Of a DNA stretch of 64,000 nucleotides, positions 39,318 to 47,430 are shown piece by piece. A model generated the notes under the pieces. The model saw nothing but the letters and a program-made list of their open reading frames with translations. It ran no database searches and was not told where the DNA came from. This stretch comes from Candidatus Niyogibacteria bacterium (GTDB taxonomy: Bacteria; Patescibacteriota; Minisyncoccia; HO2-45-28), in NCBI GenBank assembly GCA_016432485.1, contig CP066691.1:388709-452708 (forward strand). Direction: 5' to 3'. Numbering within the stretch: position 1 is the first letter of the stretch; each line of letters opens with the position of its first letter. The position numbers and the translations under genes are program-made.

Positions 39318-39766
39318 TGTGTGAAAAGCGGAAGAATATCTATGGCGCCTGCCGTGATAACACGTGAATTCCGATACGCCTCTGCCGCCTTAACCATAAT
39401 AGGATCGCCGACATGCGCGTCTGAAAAAACCGCGGGGCTCGCAATCAATTTCTGCCCCCCTCGCCCGTCGGATTCGCCGCTGAATTCAAGTTTCGCGAAT
39501 TGCGTGCCCGCCGTAATCTGAATGGTCGCGTCCCGACGGATAATCACCTCTTTCTTCAAGAGCAGGTCGCTGTCAAATCCGGAAACAAAATAAAGTTTGC
39601 CTCCGGCATCAATGGATGTAACAATCGCCTGAAAATGGAACGGCGTATCCGAGTCAATGACCGCCGATGTTTCTCCGGCTTGCCTGGACCCGGCCTGCCA
39701 GAAATAGACAACAGCGACAACCAAAACGATAAAAATGATTAAAATTACAGCGTTTTTTGAGGGCAT
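39314..39766 (-). CDS. hypothetical membrane-anchored protein
   Basis: 150 aa with N-terminal TM. Overlaps the upstream stop by 4 nt (operon-like). Confidence 0.35.
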   Translation of the reverse strand: MPSKNAVILIIFIVLVVAVVYFWQAGSRQAGETSAVIDSDTPFHFQAIVTSIDAGGKLYFVSGFDSDLLLKKEVIIRRDATIQITAGTQFAKLEFSGESDGRGGQKLIASPAVFSDAHVGDPIMVKAAEAYRNSRVITAGAIDILPLFTQ

Positions 39767-39953
39767 AAAATATAAAAATTAAGCTGTTATATTAATATGA
39801 TAGCAAATTGCGCCTCTGTAGATATTCTGCGCTGTGGATAAACGCCGACTACCCTTTGCAAAAGTTCACTATACTAACAATGTTCAAAAATAACTAAAAA
39901 AGAAGGCCACCCCGTTGCCGAGGTGGCGTCTTAAATTTTCTGATGTTATTAGA

Positions 39954-40319
39954 TCAAGGGTGTTCTTGCGCTACCTCGATTTTTTCTGCTTCCAAAAGGG
40001 CATTCAGGATTCTTGATAATATGCTTAGTGCTTCAGAGGAATCCATCCCCTCTTTCCAATCAGTACCCCCTTGGTTCGCCATTCCGGAACCGTTTCGCTC
40101 TTCATCAATAAGCTTAACGCCACCGGCAAGCGAATTACCGACCCAGAAAGGATCTGTGTAATAAATGGAGTAATCGACACATTGCACTGCCTCGTTCTCG
40201 GAATCACTCACACATATAGTAATTCCTTTTAATTTATCCCCGTGCGCTTCTTTGATTGGCGCCAAATCAAAACTAACGAAATACCTGCCGCCTTTAATTA
40301 TTCGGACTATTTTTGACAT
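39954..40319 (-). CDS. hypothetical protein
   Basis: 121-aa ORF with no recognised motif. Confidence 0.3.
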   Translation of the reverse strand: MSKIVRIIKGGRYFVSFDLAPIKEAHGDKLKGITICVSDSENEAVQCVDYSIYYTDPFWVGNSLAGGVKLIDEERNGSGMANQGGTDWKEGMDSSEALSILSRILNALLEAEKIEVAQEHP

Positions 40320-40479
40320 TCGAGTCCTCCTTTTTCAAAAAACTTTTGGCTAACAAAACGCCTATTCTCTAACAGAGAGGTTAGCACGCAATATAAATTC
40401 TGTCAAGGTTTTCGTTATGGTTCAGTGGCAAAGAAGATTTTTATTATTATTCAGCAACAAAAAGTTCCATTTCCCTGTA

Positions 40480-40569
40480 CCCGCCTTCGCATCCTCCTTC
40501 GTCAGAGACTTCGGATGGACGCAGTAAAGCTACGGAGGGCAAAGAAAAAGTCTCATAAAGTGCACTTTA
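40480..40569. repeat. ~85-bp direct repeat, copy 1
   Basis: CCCGCCTTCGCATCCTCCTTCGTCAGAGACTTCGGATGGACGCAGTAAAGCTACGGAGGGCAAAGAAAAAGTCTCATAAAGTGCACTTT. About 90% identical to 41882..41965. Confidence 0.7.
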
Positions 40570-40700
40570 GGAGAACAGGCTTGCCCCGTACCAAGCTTTG
40601 CTCTGGTACTGGGGTCAAAACCTTTTTGAAGTTGGTTGTTGAATAAAAAAAGCGCTGGAATTCGCGTCCAGCGCAGTATCTTTACACTTAGTGAAAATTA

Positions 40701-41126
40701 CTAGCGGCACTTTGATCTGTCGAACTTTATTTCTACCTCCTCTGTGAAATCATACACCGAAACAGAATGCGTAATAATCATATTTTCGTGTTGTTCAACC
40801 TTGTTTTCGGCCGTGTTTGGCCTTTCAATCACGAATATGCCTTTCCCGACAAGCATGGAACAACCGATAACAAACACAGAACCAAAAGTCCCTGTTGGCC
40901 TTATGTCTGGATGAGGGTTGGCAAGCCACACATTTACATCACCTTGATTCGGATTGTAAACCCAGGTGTTAGTGTAAACATGCACTGTCGCTTTCCCTAT
41001 ATTGTCGTTGATTTCAAACGACGCACGATAGCGATACCCCAACGACTTGTCACTGTTGCCATAGGCAGTAACCGATACCAGTAAAAAACACGCAATAAGC
41101 AATGAACAGGCGGCGTTTTTGAGCAT
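40701..41126 (-). CDS. small secreted hypothetical protein
   Basis: 141 aa with signal peptide MLKNAACSLLIACFLLVSVTAYG. Confidence 0.4.
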   Translation of the reverse strand: MLKNAACSLLIACFLLVSVTAYGNSDKSLGYRYRASFEINDNIGKATVHVYTNTWVYNPNQGDVNVWLANPHPDIRPTGTFGSVFVIGCSMLVGKGIFVIERPNTAENKVEQHENMIITHSVSVYDFTEEVEIKFDRSKCR

Positions 41127-41406
41127 CTTCTTCTCCTATGGGAGGACCTTTCTTACAAAAAACTTTGAAATGCGGCGCCTCTTTCTAAAGTACCACCGAC
41201 ACATAAAAAAACAACCCACCGGAGTTTTCTTGTTAGAACCTCTGTTTTGGCGGATTTGAATTCTGTGGACTGCCGTCTAATTCGCTTCAGAAATATTGTT
41301 AGACGCTGATAGAGAGTAGCGAGTCGTTATCTTGACTATAAATTCTAAATGATTATTATTAACAGTAGAATAAGCAATATTTAAATAGCACAGGATACGA
41401 GGAGGA

Positions 41407-41778
41407 ATGTGCATGAGAAAGGTTGTGAAGAAAACGACACTTTGGCGATGTTCAGTATGTGGCGCTGAATACAGAAAGAAATCCGATGCTCAAAAATGTG
41501 AGGGTATGCCAGTTGAAGAGCAGAAGTTTAGGGTCAGTGATCAAGTAACCAACTCAATGGAGCCGCGTGTATGCTCGTCAGGTGGCGAATACCGATTCAA
41601 TGGGAGAATCAGTAAAGTTTTTGGACCGCAGCCGCCAGATGAAGAATATTGGAATAAGTGGCTGGGCGGATTGCCCAAAACGCATGTTTTCTATTACGAA
41701 GTCACTTACAAATGTCCCAAGTGTGGGCAAAAGAAAGATGCTACGTACTTTGGGCCAGAACTAGAAAAAGTAAAATAA
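41407..41778 (+). CDS. small Zn-ribbon protein
   Basis: CSVCGAEY...CEGM at the N-terminus and CPKCGQKKD at the C-terminus. Confidence 0.4.
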   Translation: MCMRKVVKKTTLWRCSVCGAEYRKKSDAQKCEGMPVEEQKFRVSDQVTNSMEPRVCSSGGEYRFNGRISKVFGPQPPDEEYWNKWLGGLPKTHVFYYEVTYKCPKCGQKKDATYFGPELEKVK

Positions 41779-41881
41779 ATATTTAAAAGTGCTATTGCTC
41801 ACACCTTGTGGGCTTTTTTGTTAGAACCTCCAAGGTTTCTGAAATAGAAATGGCGATTGATGTGTGATGGCGCCTCTCCTA

Positions 41882-41965
41882 CGCATCCTCCTTCGTCAGA
41901 GACTTCGGACGGACACAGTAAAGCTACGGTAGGGCAAAGAAAAAGTCTTAAAAAGTGCACTTTTA
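41882..41965. repeat. ~85-bp direct repeat, copy 2
   Basis: See 40480..40569. Confidence 0.7.
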
Positions 41966-42208
41966 TAGACGACCCGCCTTCGCCAAGGCTACGGCGGGCA
42001 AGTGTTACTGCGTCCTTCGAAGCTTTAGCGAAGAAGGAGAACCTCTCTCAAGGCGCTACCTGATCTTTTGGATAACGGTTTACTGCGCCCTAGAAACGCT
42101 CTAAAACGCTGATAGAAAGCGAAATTTTCATCAGCCTATTGTTTTTTTGCTTATAGGAAGTATATTGAAACATAGACAGTTCAAACCCCTCGACAGGAGA
42201 CACTGGGT

Positions 42209-42553
42209 ATGAAAAATCTTCTTGGTAGTGCTGTTATTCTCATTGTTGGATTAGCAATCGGGCTTATACTGCCCAAATATCTTGGAGGAGAAAAAAATAC
42301 AATATTGATATATGCTCTGCAAAACAAGAAAGATCCTTCAAAAGTAGTGGTGTCTATACAGATCTTGGAAAATAGTGAGGCGTGGCTAGCCTACAGATTT
42401 TCGCTGGAGAACAAAGGCAAAGATGCGATTCTGGCAGGATTCTCTGACGAAGAATGGAGCAGCCTTGCTTTAGAAAGCCAGAGGCCCAAACATTTCAACG
42501 CCAGCGCAGATTTTGAAAACAGCTTCCGCCTCCGTTACGTTGAACCTGAATAA
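42209..42553 (+). CDS. small membrane-anchored hypothetical protein
   Basis: 114 aa, N-terminal TM. SD-like GGAG upstream. Confidence 0.4.
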   Translation: MKNLLGSAVILIVGLAIGLILPKYLGGEKNTILIYALQNKKDPSKVVVSIQILENSEAWLAYRFSLENKGKDAILAGFSDEEWSSLALESQRPKHFNASADFENSFRLRYVEPE

Positions 42554-42776
42554 TATTTTGCGAGCTGAACACTATAGATGAGGTCCAACAGGGACCTCTT
42601 TTGTTAGAACCTCTATTGAACTATCACAATATCCTTTCTTTTTCAGAAGAAATTATCGTCGGCGTAAAAAGCGATTCTCTTTCCCTATACAGGGAATGTA
42701 ACGATGTTAGAACCTCCAAGATTTTTGAAATTTAAATAACTTTAGCGCGGCTAAAACGTCAAAAGTCCAATAGTGT

Positions 42777-42846
42777 GCGGGTAGGGGGAATCGAACCCCC
42801 TTCTCAACCTTGGGAAGGTCGCATCATGCCATTAGACCATACCCGC
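42777..42846 (-). tRNA. tRNA-Gly (anticodon CCC), irregular acceptor stem
   Basis: GCGGGUA-UG-GUCU-AAUGGCA-UGAU-G-CGACC-UUCCCAA-GGUUG-AGAA-GGGGG-UUCGAUU-CCCCC-UACCGC-A. Acceptor needs a bulged G or has a 1-nt indel. Confidence 0.55.
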
Positions 42847-42850
42847 GAAA

Positions 42851-43387
42851 TTATTTTTTAACCAGCACGCCATCTGTCCACTCATACGGCAAAGAATAAA
42901 TTTTGACATCGGCCTTGACCAGCGCGCCGTTTAACCACTCGTTAAAATCTCCGCCCTCTTCTCGCAGAACTTCCGACAAAATGTCCTGGCGCGCCTGCGG
43001 CAAAAGAGCAAACTCTTTGAACTCATCAACACTCCAACCATAAAGACTCCGGGAGGCATTTTCAAGGCTGTCGGCAGCTTTTTGCCAGGCCGCCTCAACT
43101 CTTTTTTTAGCTTCTTTACGGTCAATTCCTCGCGTTTCAAGCTCGGATTCAATCAATTCATTCATAATCAGCGATATAATTATGCCTCGTTTCGCCGTTT
43201 CTTCATCAATCGGTTCCAGGGTCGCTCTCCGATAATATTCAAGGCCCGAAAGCCGGTCGTAATATTTTCCGGCCCAAACGGAACTGCCGTTTACATTAAT
43301 CAGCGGGTAAACGCGAAGATTCGCTGTAAAAAAAGATAAAAGCGCCAGCGCGACCAAGGCCGCCAAAATATAAAAAACGTATTTCAT
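42851..43387 (-). CDS. hypothetical membrane-anchored protein
   Basis: 178 aa, N-terminal TM. Confidence 0.4.
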   Translation of the reverse strand: MKYVFYILAALVALALLSFFTANLRVYPLINVNGSSVWAGKYYDRLSGLEYYRRATLEPIDEETAKRGIIISLIMNELIESELETRGIDRKEAKKRVEAAWQKAADSLENASRSLYGWSVDEFKEFALLPQARQDILSEVLREEGGDFNEWLNGALVKADVKIYSLPYEWTDGVLVKK

Positions 43388-43809
43388 CGATTAAAATTGA
43401 AAAGACCGGTAAAAAAGCCGCCGATTTCAGACAAAAAAGACGAAAATTTTCCGGGTTCGTTGTCCGCGCCCTTTTGCCGGCGGTCAATTATAGTCATCAA
43501 TTCCTCGCCGGGTTTTGCTAAACCGAATTGCCGGCGCAATTCCTTTTCAAGACCGTAAGAACTGGATAAATAATCCAGTCTTTTTTCCAAATCGGCCGAT
43601 TTAATCGCGATATCCGCGCGCTCTTCCCTGACCCCAATATAAGCCGTCCGGGCGTCTCTTGCCCCGATATACGCTTTTATCGCGGCCTGCCCCAAAAAAA
43701 TAAGCATCAAAAACATAACGGCCAAAACCGGACGGGAATAAATCAATTTTTGGTTCGGATTTCGCCTTTTAAAACCGGCCATTAAATTTATTATATCATT
43801 TTTTGGCAT
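43384..43809 (-). CDS. septum formation initiator-like (FtsB/DivIC/FtsL-type) protein
   Basis: 141 aa with single TM then coiled-coil. Position next to cell-envelope genes. Low-complexity evidence only. Confidence 0.4.
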   Translation of the reverse strand: MPKNDIINLMAGFKRRNPNQKLIYSRPVLAVMFLMLIFLGQAAIKAYIGARDARTAYIGVREERADIAIKSADLEKRLDYLSSSYGLEKELRRQFGLAKPGEELMTIIDRRQKGADNEPGKFSSFLSEIGGFFTGLFNFNR

Positions 43810-43956
43810 TGCCGAATTGACGGCCGGGGTTTATGATAACGGCATGTTTCTAAGCCCTAAAAATAAGAAAAGATACGGCGCCATCTGGACTGCCATCAGC
43901 GTTTTAGCCATTATCGCGATGATAATTTTTCTTATCATCCCGCTGATAAGCGTTTT

Positions 43957-45741
43957 CTAGTTCCGTCGTATCATTTTTATAAAAACCTCATGGGGAATCT
44001 GAACGCGCCCGAATTCTTTGAGGCGTTTTTTTCCCTTTTTTTGCTTGGACCAAAGCTTCATCTTGCGTGTTCTGTCGCCGCCGTAAAGATATCCGGTAAC
44101 ATCTTTTTTAAGCGCGGGCAAAGTTCTTGAAGCTATAATCCTGCCTAGAGATTGTGCCTGAAGTTTCATCGCAAAAAGCTCTCTGGGTAAAATTGAATAA
44201 AGTTTTTCAACCGCGTCTTTGGATTCGCGCTCAATACGAGACCTGGAAACCACCCGGCTGAAAGCCGGAACTATACTGCCATGCACCAAAATATCAAGGC
44301 GCGCCACATCAGCTTCACGTAAATCGCCGGGCTTGTAGGAAAAAGAGGCGTAACCGGACGTGGAACTTTTTAATTCATCAAAAAAATCGCGCATCAGCTC
44401 GCGGAGGGGCATTTCGGCTTGAATCAAAATACGGTTTTCGCCGAAAATATCAGTGCTTAAAACGGATCCCTCGCGGCTTTGAATAAGCTTAAGACTGGGG
44501 CTTAAATATTCTGAAGGAACTATAAGCCGACAATCGGCCCACCTTTCTTTAACCGATAAAATATCGTGGTCGTTCGGGAATTCGGATGGCGCGAAAATAA
44601 ATTTTGTTTCGCCATTTTTCATACTTATTTCGTAGGCCACGGTGGGAGACGCGGCAACGACTTTCATTCCGAATTCGCGCTCCAATCTTTCAAGAACTAT
44701 CTCCAAATGCAGCATGCCCAAAAAACCCAAACGCATCCCGCGGCCCAAAACACTTGAAGATTCTTCTTCGTACGAAAAAGAGGTGTCGCTTAAATGCAGG
44801 CGTAAAATTGCTTTTTTAAAATCGCTGAAATCATCTTCTTTCAACGGATAAACGCTTGTCCAAACTACCGACTGGGGTTCGTGATAGCCGCCCAGGGCCG
44901 GAGCCGGATTCAAGACAGACGTAAGCGTATCTCCCACTCTAACCTCGGACGGATTTTTTATATTGGTCGCGATGTATCCTATTTCTCCGGCTTGCAATTC
45001 GGCGGCCTGAGATCGGTTTGGCTTAAATACGCCTATTTCTTGTATCGTGAACTTAATTCCTGACCGCACCAACTTTACCTCGTCGCCTTTTTTGAAAATG
45101 CCGTCAAAAACTCGGATGTAGGCGATGACTCCTTGATGAGCCGAGTAATCAAAATCAAATATCAAAGCGCGGCGCGGCGATTCAACGTTCCCTGAAGGCG
45201 CAGGAACGCGCTCAACGACTTCTTTTAAAAGTTCCTCAACGCCTTCGCCCGTTTTTCCGGATACTTTAAGAATTTCTTCAGTCCCGACGTTTAAAATCTT
45301 TTGTATTTCTTCTTCAGTTTTTTCTACCCTTGCGCCCGCTAGGTCAATCTTGTTGACCACAGGAACTATTTTCAGCTTCAATTCGCGAGCCATATCCAAA
45401 ACAGAAATCGTCTGGGCTTCAACTCCTTGAGTGCCGTCAACCAAAAGAATCGCCCCTTCCACCGCGGCCAGAGCCCGTGAAACTTCGTAAGCAAAATCAA
45501 CGTGTCCTGGCGTGTCTATTAAATTCAGTTGGTAGTTGATAGTTGATAGTTGATAGTTCATCCGGACCGGCTGCATTTTTATGGTTATGCCTCGTTCGCG
45601 CTCCAATTCCATTGAATCCAAAAATTGCTCGCGCATTTTTCTTTTTTCTATTGTGCCGGTCAATTCCAAAAACCGGTCAGCCAGCGTTGACTTGCCATGG
45701 TCAATGTGAGCGATGATGACGAAATTTCGGATATTTTGCAT
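43957..45741 (-). CDS. lepA: elongation factor 4 (LepA)
   Basis: NFVIIAHIDHGKSTLADR, DTPGHVDF, NKIDL plus the LepA-specific C-terminal domain. Confidence 0.9.
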   Translation of the reverse strand: MQNIRNFVIIAHIDHGKSTLADRFLELTGTIEKRKMREQFLDSMELERERGITIKMQPVRMNYQLSTINYQLNLIDTPGHVDFAYEVSRALAAVEGAILLVDGTQGVEAQTISVLDMARELKLKIVPVVNKIDLAGARVEKTEEEIQKILNVGTEEILKVSGKTGEGVEELLKEVVERVPAPSGNVESPRRALIFDFDYSAHQGVIAYIRVFDGIFKKGDEVKLVRSGIKFTIQEIGVFKPNRSQAAELQAGEIGYIATNIKNPSEVRVGDTLTSVLNPAPALGGYHEPQSVVWTSVYPLKEDDFSDFKKAILRLHLSDTSFSYEEESSSVLGRGMRLGFLGMLHLEIVLERLEREFGMKVVAASPTVAYEISMKNGETKFIFAPSEFPNDHDILSVKERWADCRLIVPSEYLSPSLKLIQSREGSVLSTDIFGENRILIQAEMPLRELMRDFFDELKSSTSGYASFSYKPGDLREADVARLDILVHGSIVPAFSRVVSRSRIERESKDAVEKLYSILPRELFAMKLQAQSLGRIIASRTLPALKKDVTGYLYGGDRTRKMKLWSKQKKGKKRLKEFGRVQIPHEVFIKMIRRN

Positions 45742-45752
45742 ACCCAGTACAA

Positions 45753-45959
45753 TTACACCGATTTATAATTTCGCAATCTCATGCCAAACCACCTTCGACC
45801 CCTTGTGGTTTTTAAATATCTTTCTCTTTGTTGAGCGTCCTCTTTGTTTAAACATGCTTCATAATATATTAACTTCAATGGCCTGTAATTATCGCCATCT
45901 TTATCGCTATGCGGAACATAAGTGTAGAAGAACACAATCGGTGTAATTGTACTGGGCAT
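45753..45959 (-). pseudogene. degraded GIY-YIG nuclease-family gene remnant
   Basis: FFYTYVPHSDKDGD (cf. YVYIL.SEKDGS) jumps directly to YRPLKLIYYEA...RERYLKTTRGRRWFG (cf. RPLKLVYYEEF...REYQLKKWSR). The YIGyT..RR..H core is deleted. Confidence 0.45.
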
Positions 45960-46032
45960 AAATAAATATTCTAACTTATTTCAAGATAAATAAAAATACG
46001 GCGACCCCACGGCCGTCGCATATTTTTATCGT

Positions 46033-46671
46033 TTAGTTGCCGATAAGAACCTTTCCTGAAACGGCGTTCTGGTATGTATAAAAAACCTCGCGAAGCGCCG
46101 ATTCATAACCAGCTTTTACTTGAAACCCTACGACGAGAAAAAATTTTCCCGATTCAAAATCCCGAATCAATTCTTCTTTGTTTGTGAAGTGGGAGAAAAA
46201 CTCTTTGTATATATCAAGTTCCTGGACAAGAGTTTTTTTGGGTATTTTTTTATCTCTTGGATGTCCCCAGATTGTCTCAAGGCACTGCCTTGGTTCCCAG
46301 AGGGCGAAGCCCGTTCCTTTGTCCACCGACATTCCTTTGGATTCATAAAAGAACTTTTCGGCAGGCGTAAGGCTTGTCATCTCAAGTCGTCCTGAAAAGG
46401 GAGTTCTGCGGTAGGTTTGAAATCCCGGACATTGCGGAAAATCTGGAAAACCGGCAATCTCAATTTTCAAGAAGGGTCTACCCTCCTTGATAAACACGGT
46501 TACTTTATCGCCATCCCAATAGTGATAAAGGCCGATGATGCTCGCACCCACGTTACTGGCAACGCTCAACTCAACAAACAAAAGGGCCGCTGCAAACAGC
46601 AGAAGCATTTTTTTCATTCGCTTCACCTCCTTCTTAAGCGGAGAAGGCGCCTTCCTTGGACGCGGCTCCAC
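46033..46671 (-). CDS. secreted hypothetical protein
   Basis: Signal peptide MKKMLLLFAAALLFVELSVASNVGAS. Confidence 0.4.
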   Translation of the reverse strand: MEPRPRKAPSPLKKEVKRMKKMLLLFAAALLFVELSVASNVGASIIGLYHYWDGDKVTVFIKEGRPFLKIEIAGFPDFPQCPGFQTYRRTPFSGRLEMTSLTPAEKFFYESKGMSVDKGTGFALWEPRQCLETIWGHPRDKKIPKKTLVQELDIYKEFFSHFTNKEELIRDFESGKFFLVVGFQVKAGYESALREVFYTYQNAVSGKVLIGN

Positions 46672-46796
46672 ATAGAGCCGGCCCGCAGAAGCGAGCTGAA
46701 AAGAACTACGACCGTATTATAATCGCCCGCACCAAAATGTCAAACCAAACCTCGCCCAAACACGGAACACCAAATATAAAACAGAGCGTATAATCT

Positions 46797-46830
46797 AATA
46801 CAGGCGATCGCTTTTATTAGATTATTGGTG
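46797..46830. repeat. GCGATCGC-centred palindrome upstream of PaaX-like copy B
   Basis: AATACAGGCGATCGCTTTTATTAGATTATT. Repeated at 47380..47412. Confidence 0.7.
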
Positions 46831-46854
46831 TAAAATCATATATAATTAAACATT

Positions 46855-47382
46855 ATGCGGCTACCTATTACGGACGAATTTTTGTGGAAATTGTATGATT
46901 TTACTGAAGAGCTTGATAAAACATATGACTTTTTCGCCCCGCGCACACCATACGAAATAGTCTATCCTGAAATACATCGCTTAAAACGCGAGTATCAAAG
47001 ATCAAGCGCGCGAACAGGTTTCAGTCAATTTGTACAAAATCTGCAAAACAGAGGATATATTCAAGTAAAGGCGCTCAAAGGAACAAGGGGCGTTATTCTC
47101 ACGCCGAAAGGCGCCGAAAGAGCATTGAGAATAAAGTTAAAATTCGTAAAAAAGAAAAAGCGAAAAGATAATAAATGGATTATGATTATTTTCGATATAC
47201 CAGAAAAACAAAGACGCGCAAGAGAATTGTTCAGAAACGCGCTGATAAATCTTGGGTATCAAAAACTACAAAAAAGCGTTTGGGTGTGCCCTTACGACGT
47301 GCACAAAGAAACAGAAGAAGCGATACGGGCATACCGCTCCATTCCTTACGTCAAACTTTTTATTATAGAAGAGATAATCTAA
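46855..47382 (+). CDS. short PaaX-like protein: winged HTH plus Cas2-like-fold middle domain (copy B)
   Basis: 175 aa. FVQNLQNRGYIQVKALKGTRGVILTPKG (cf. PaaX FVRTALFRLNKEGWLDVSRIGRRSFYSLSDKG). KDNKWIMIIFDIPEKQRRARELFRNALINLGYQKLQKSVWVCP (cf. PaaX WDGKWLLLLSEGL...LIWQGFGALAPSLMASP). Confidence 0.6.
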   Translation: MRLPITDEFLWKLYDFTEELDKTYDFFAPRTPYEIVYPEIHRLKREYQRSSARTGFSQFVQNLQNRGYIQVKALKGTRGVILTPKGAERALRIKLKFVKKKKRKDNKWIMIIFDIPEKQRRARELFRNALINLGYQKLQKSVWVCPYDVHKETEEAIRAYRSIPYVKLFIIEEII

Positions 47383-47412
47383 TACGGGCGATCGCTTTTA
47401 TTAGATTATTAA
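47380..47412. repeat. GCGATCGC-centred palindrome downstream of PaaX-like copy B
   Basis: TAATACGGGCGATCGCTTTTATTAGATTATT. Direct repeat of 46797..46830. Confidence 0.7.
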
Positions 47413-47430
47413 TATTTTCGGCCCAATCCC

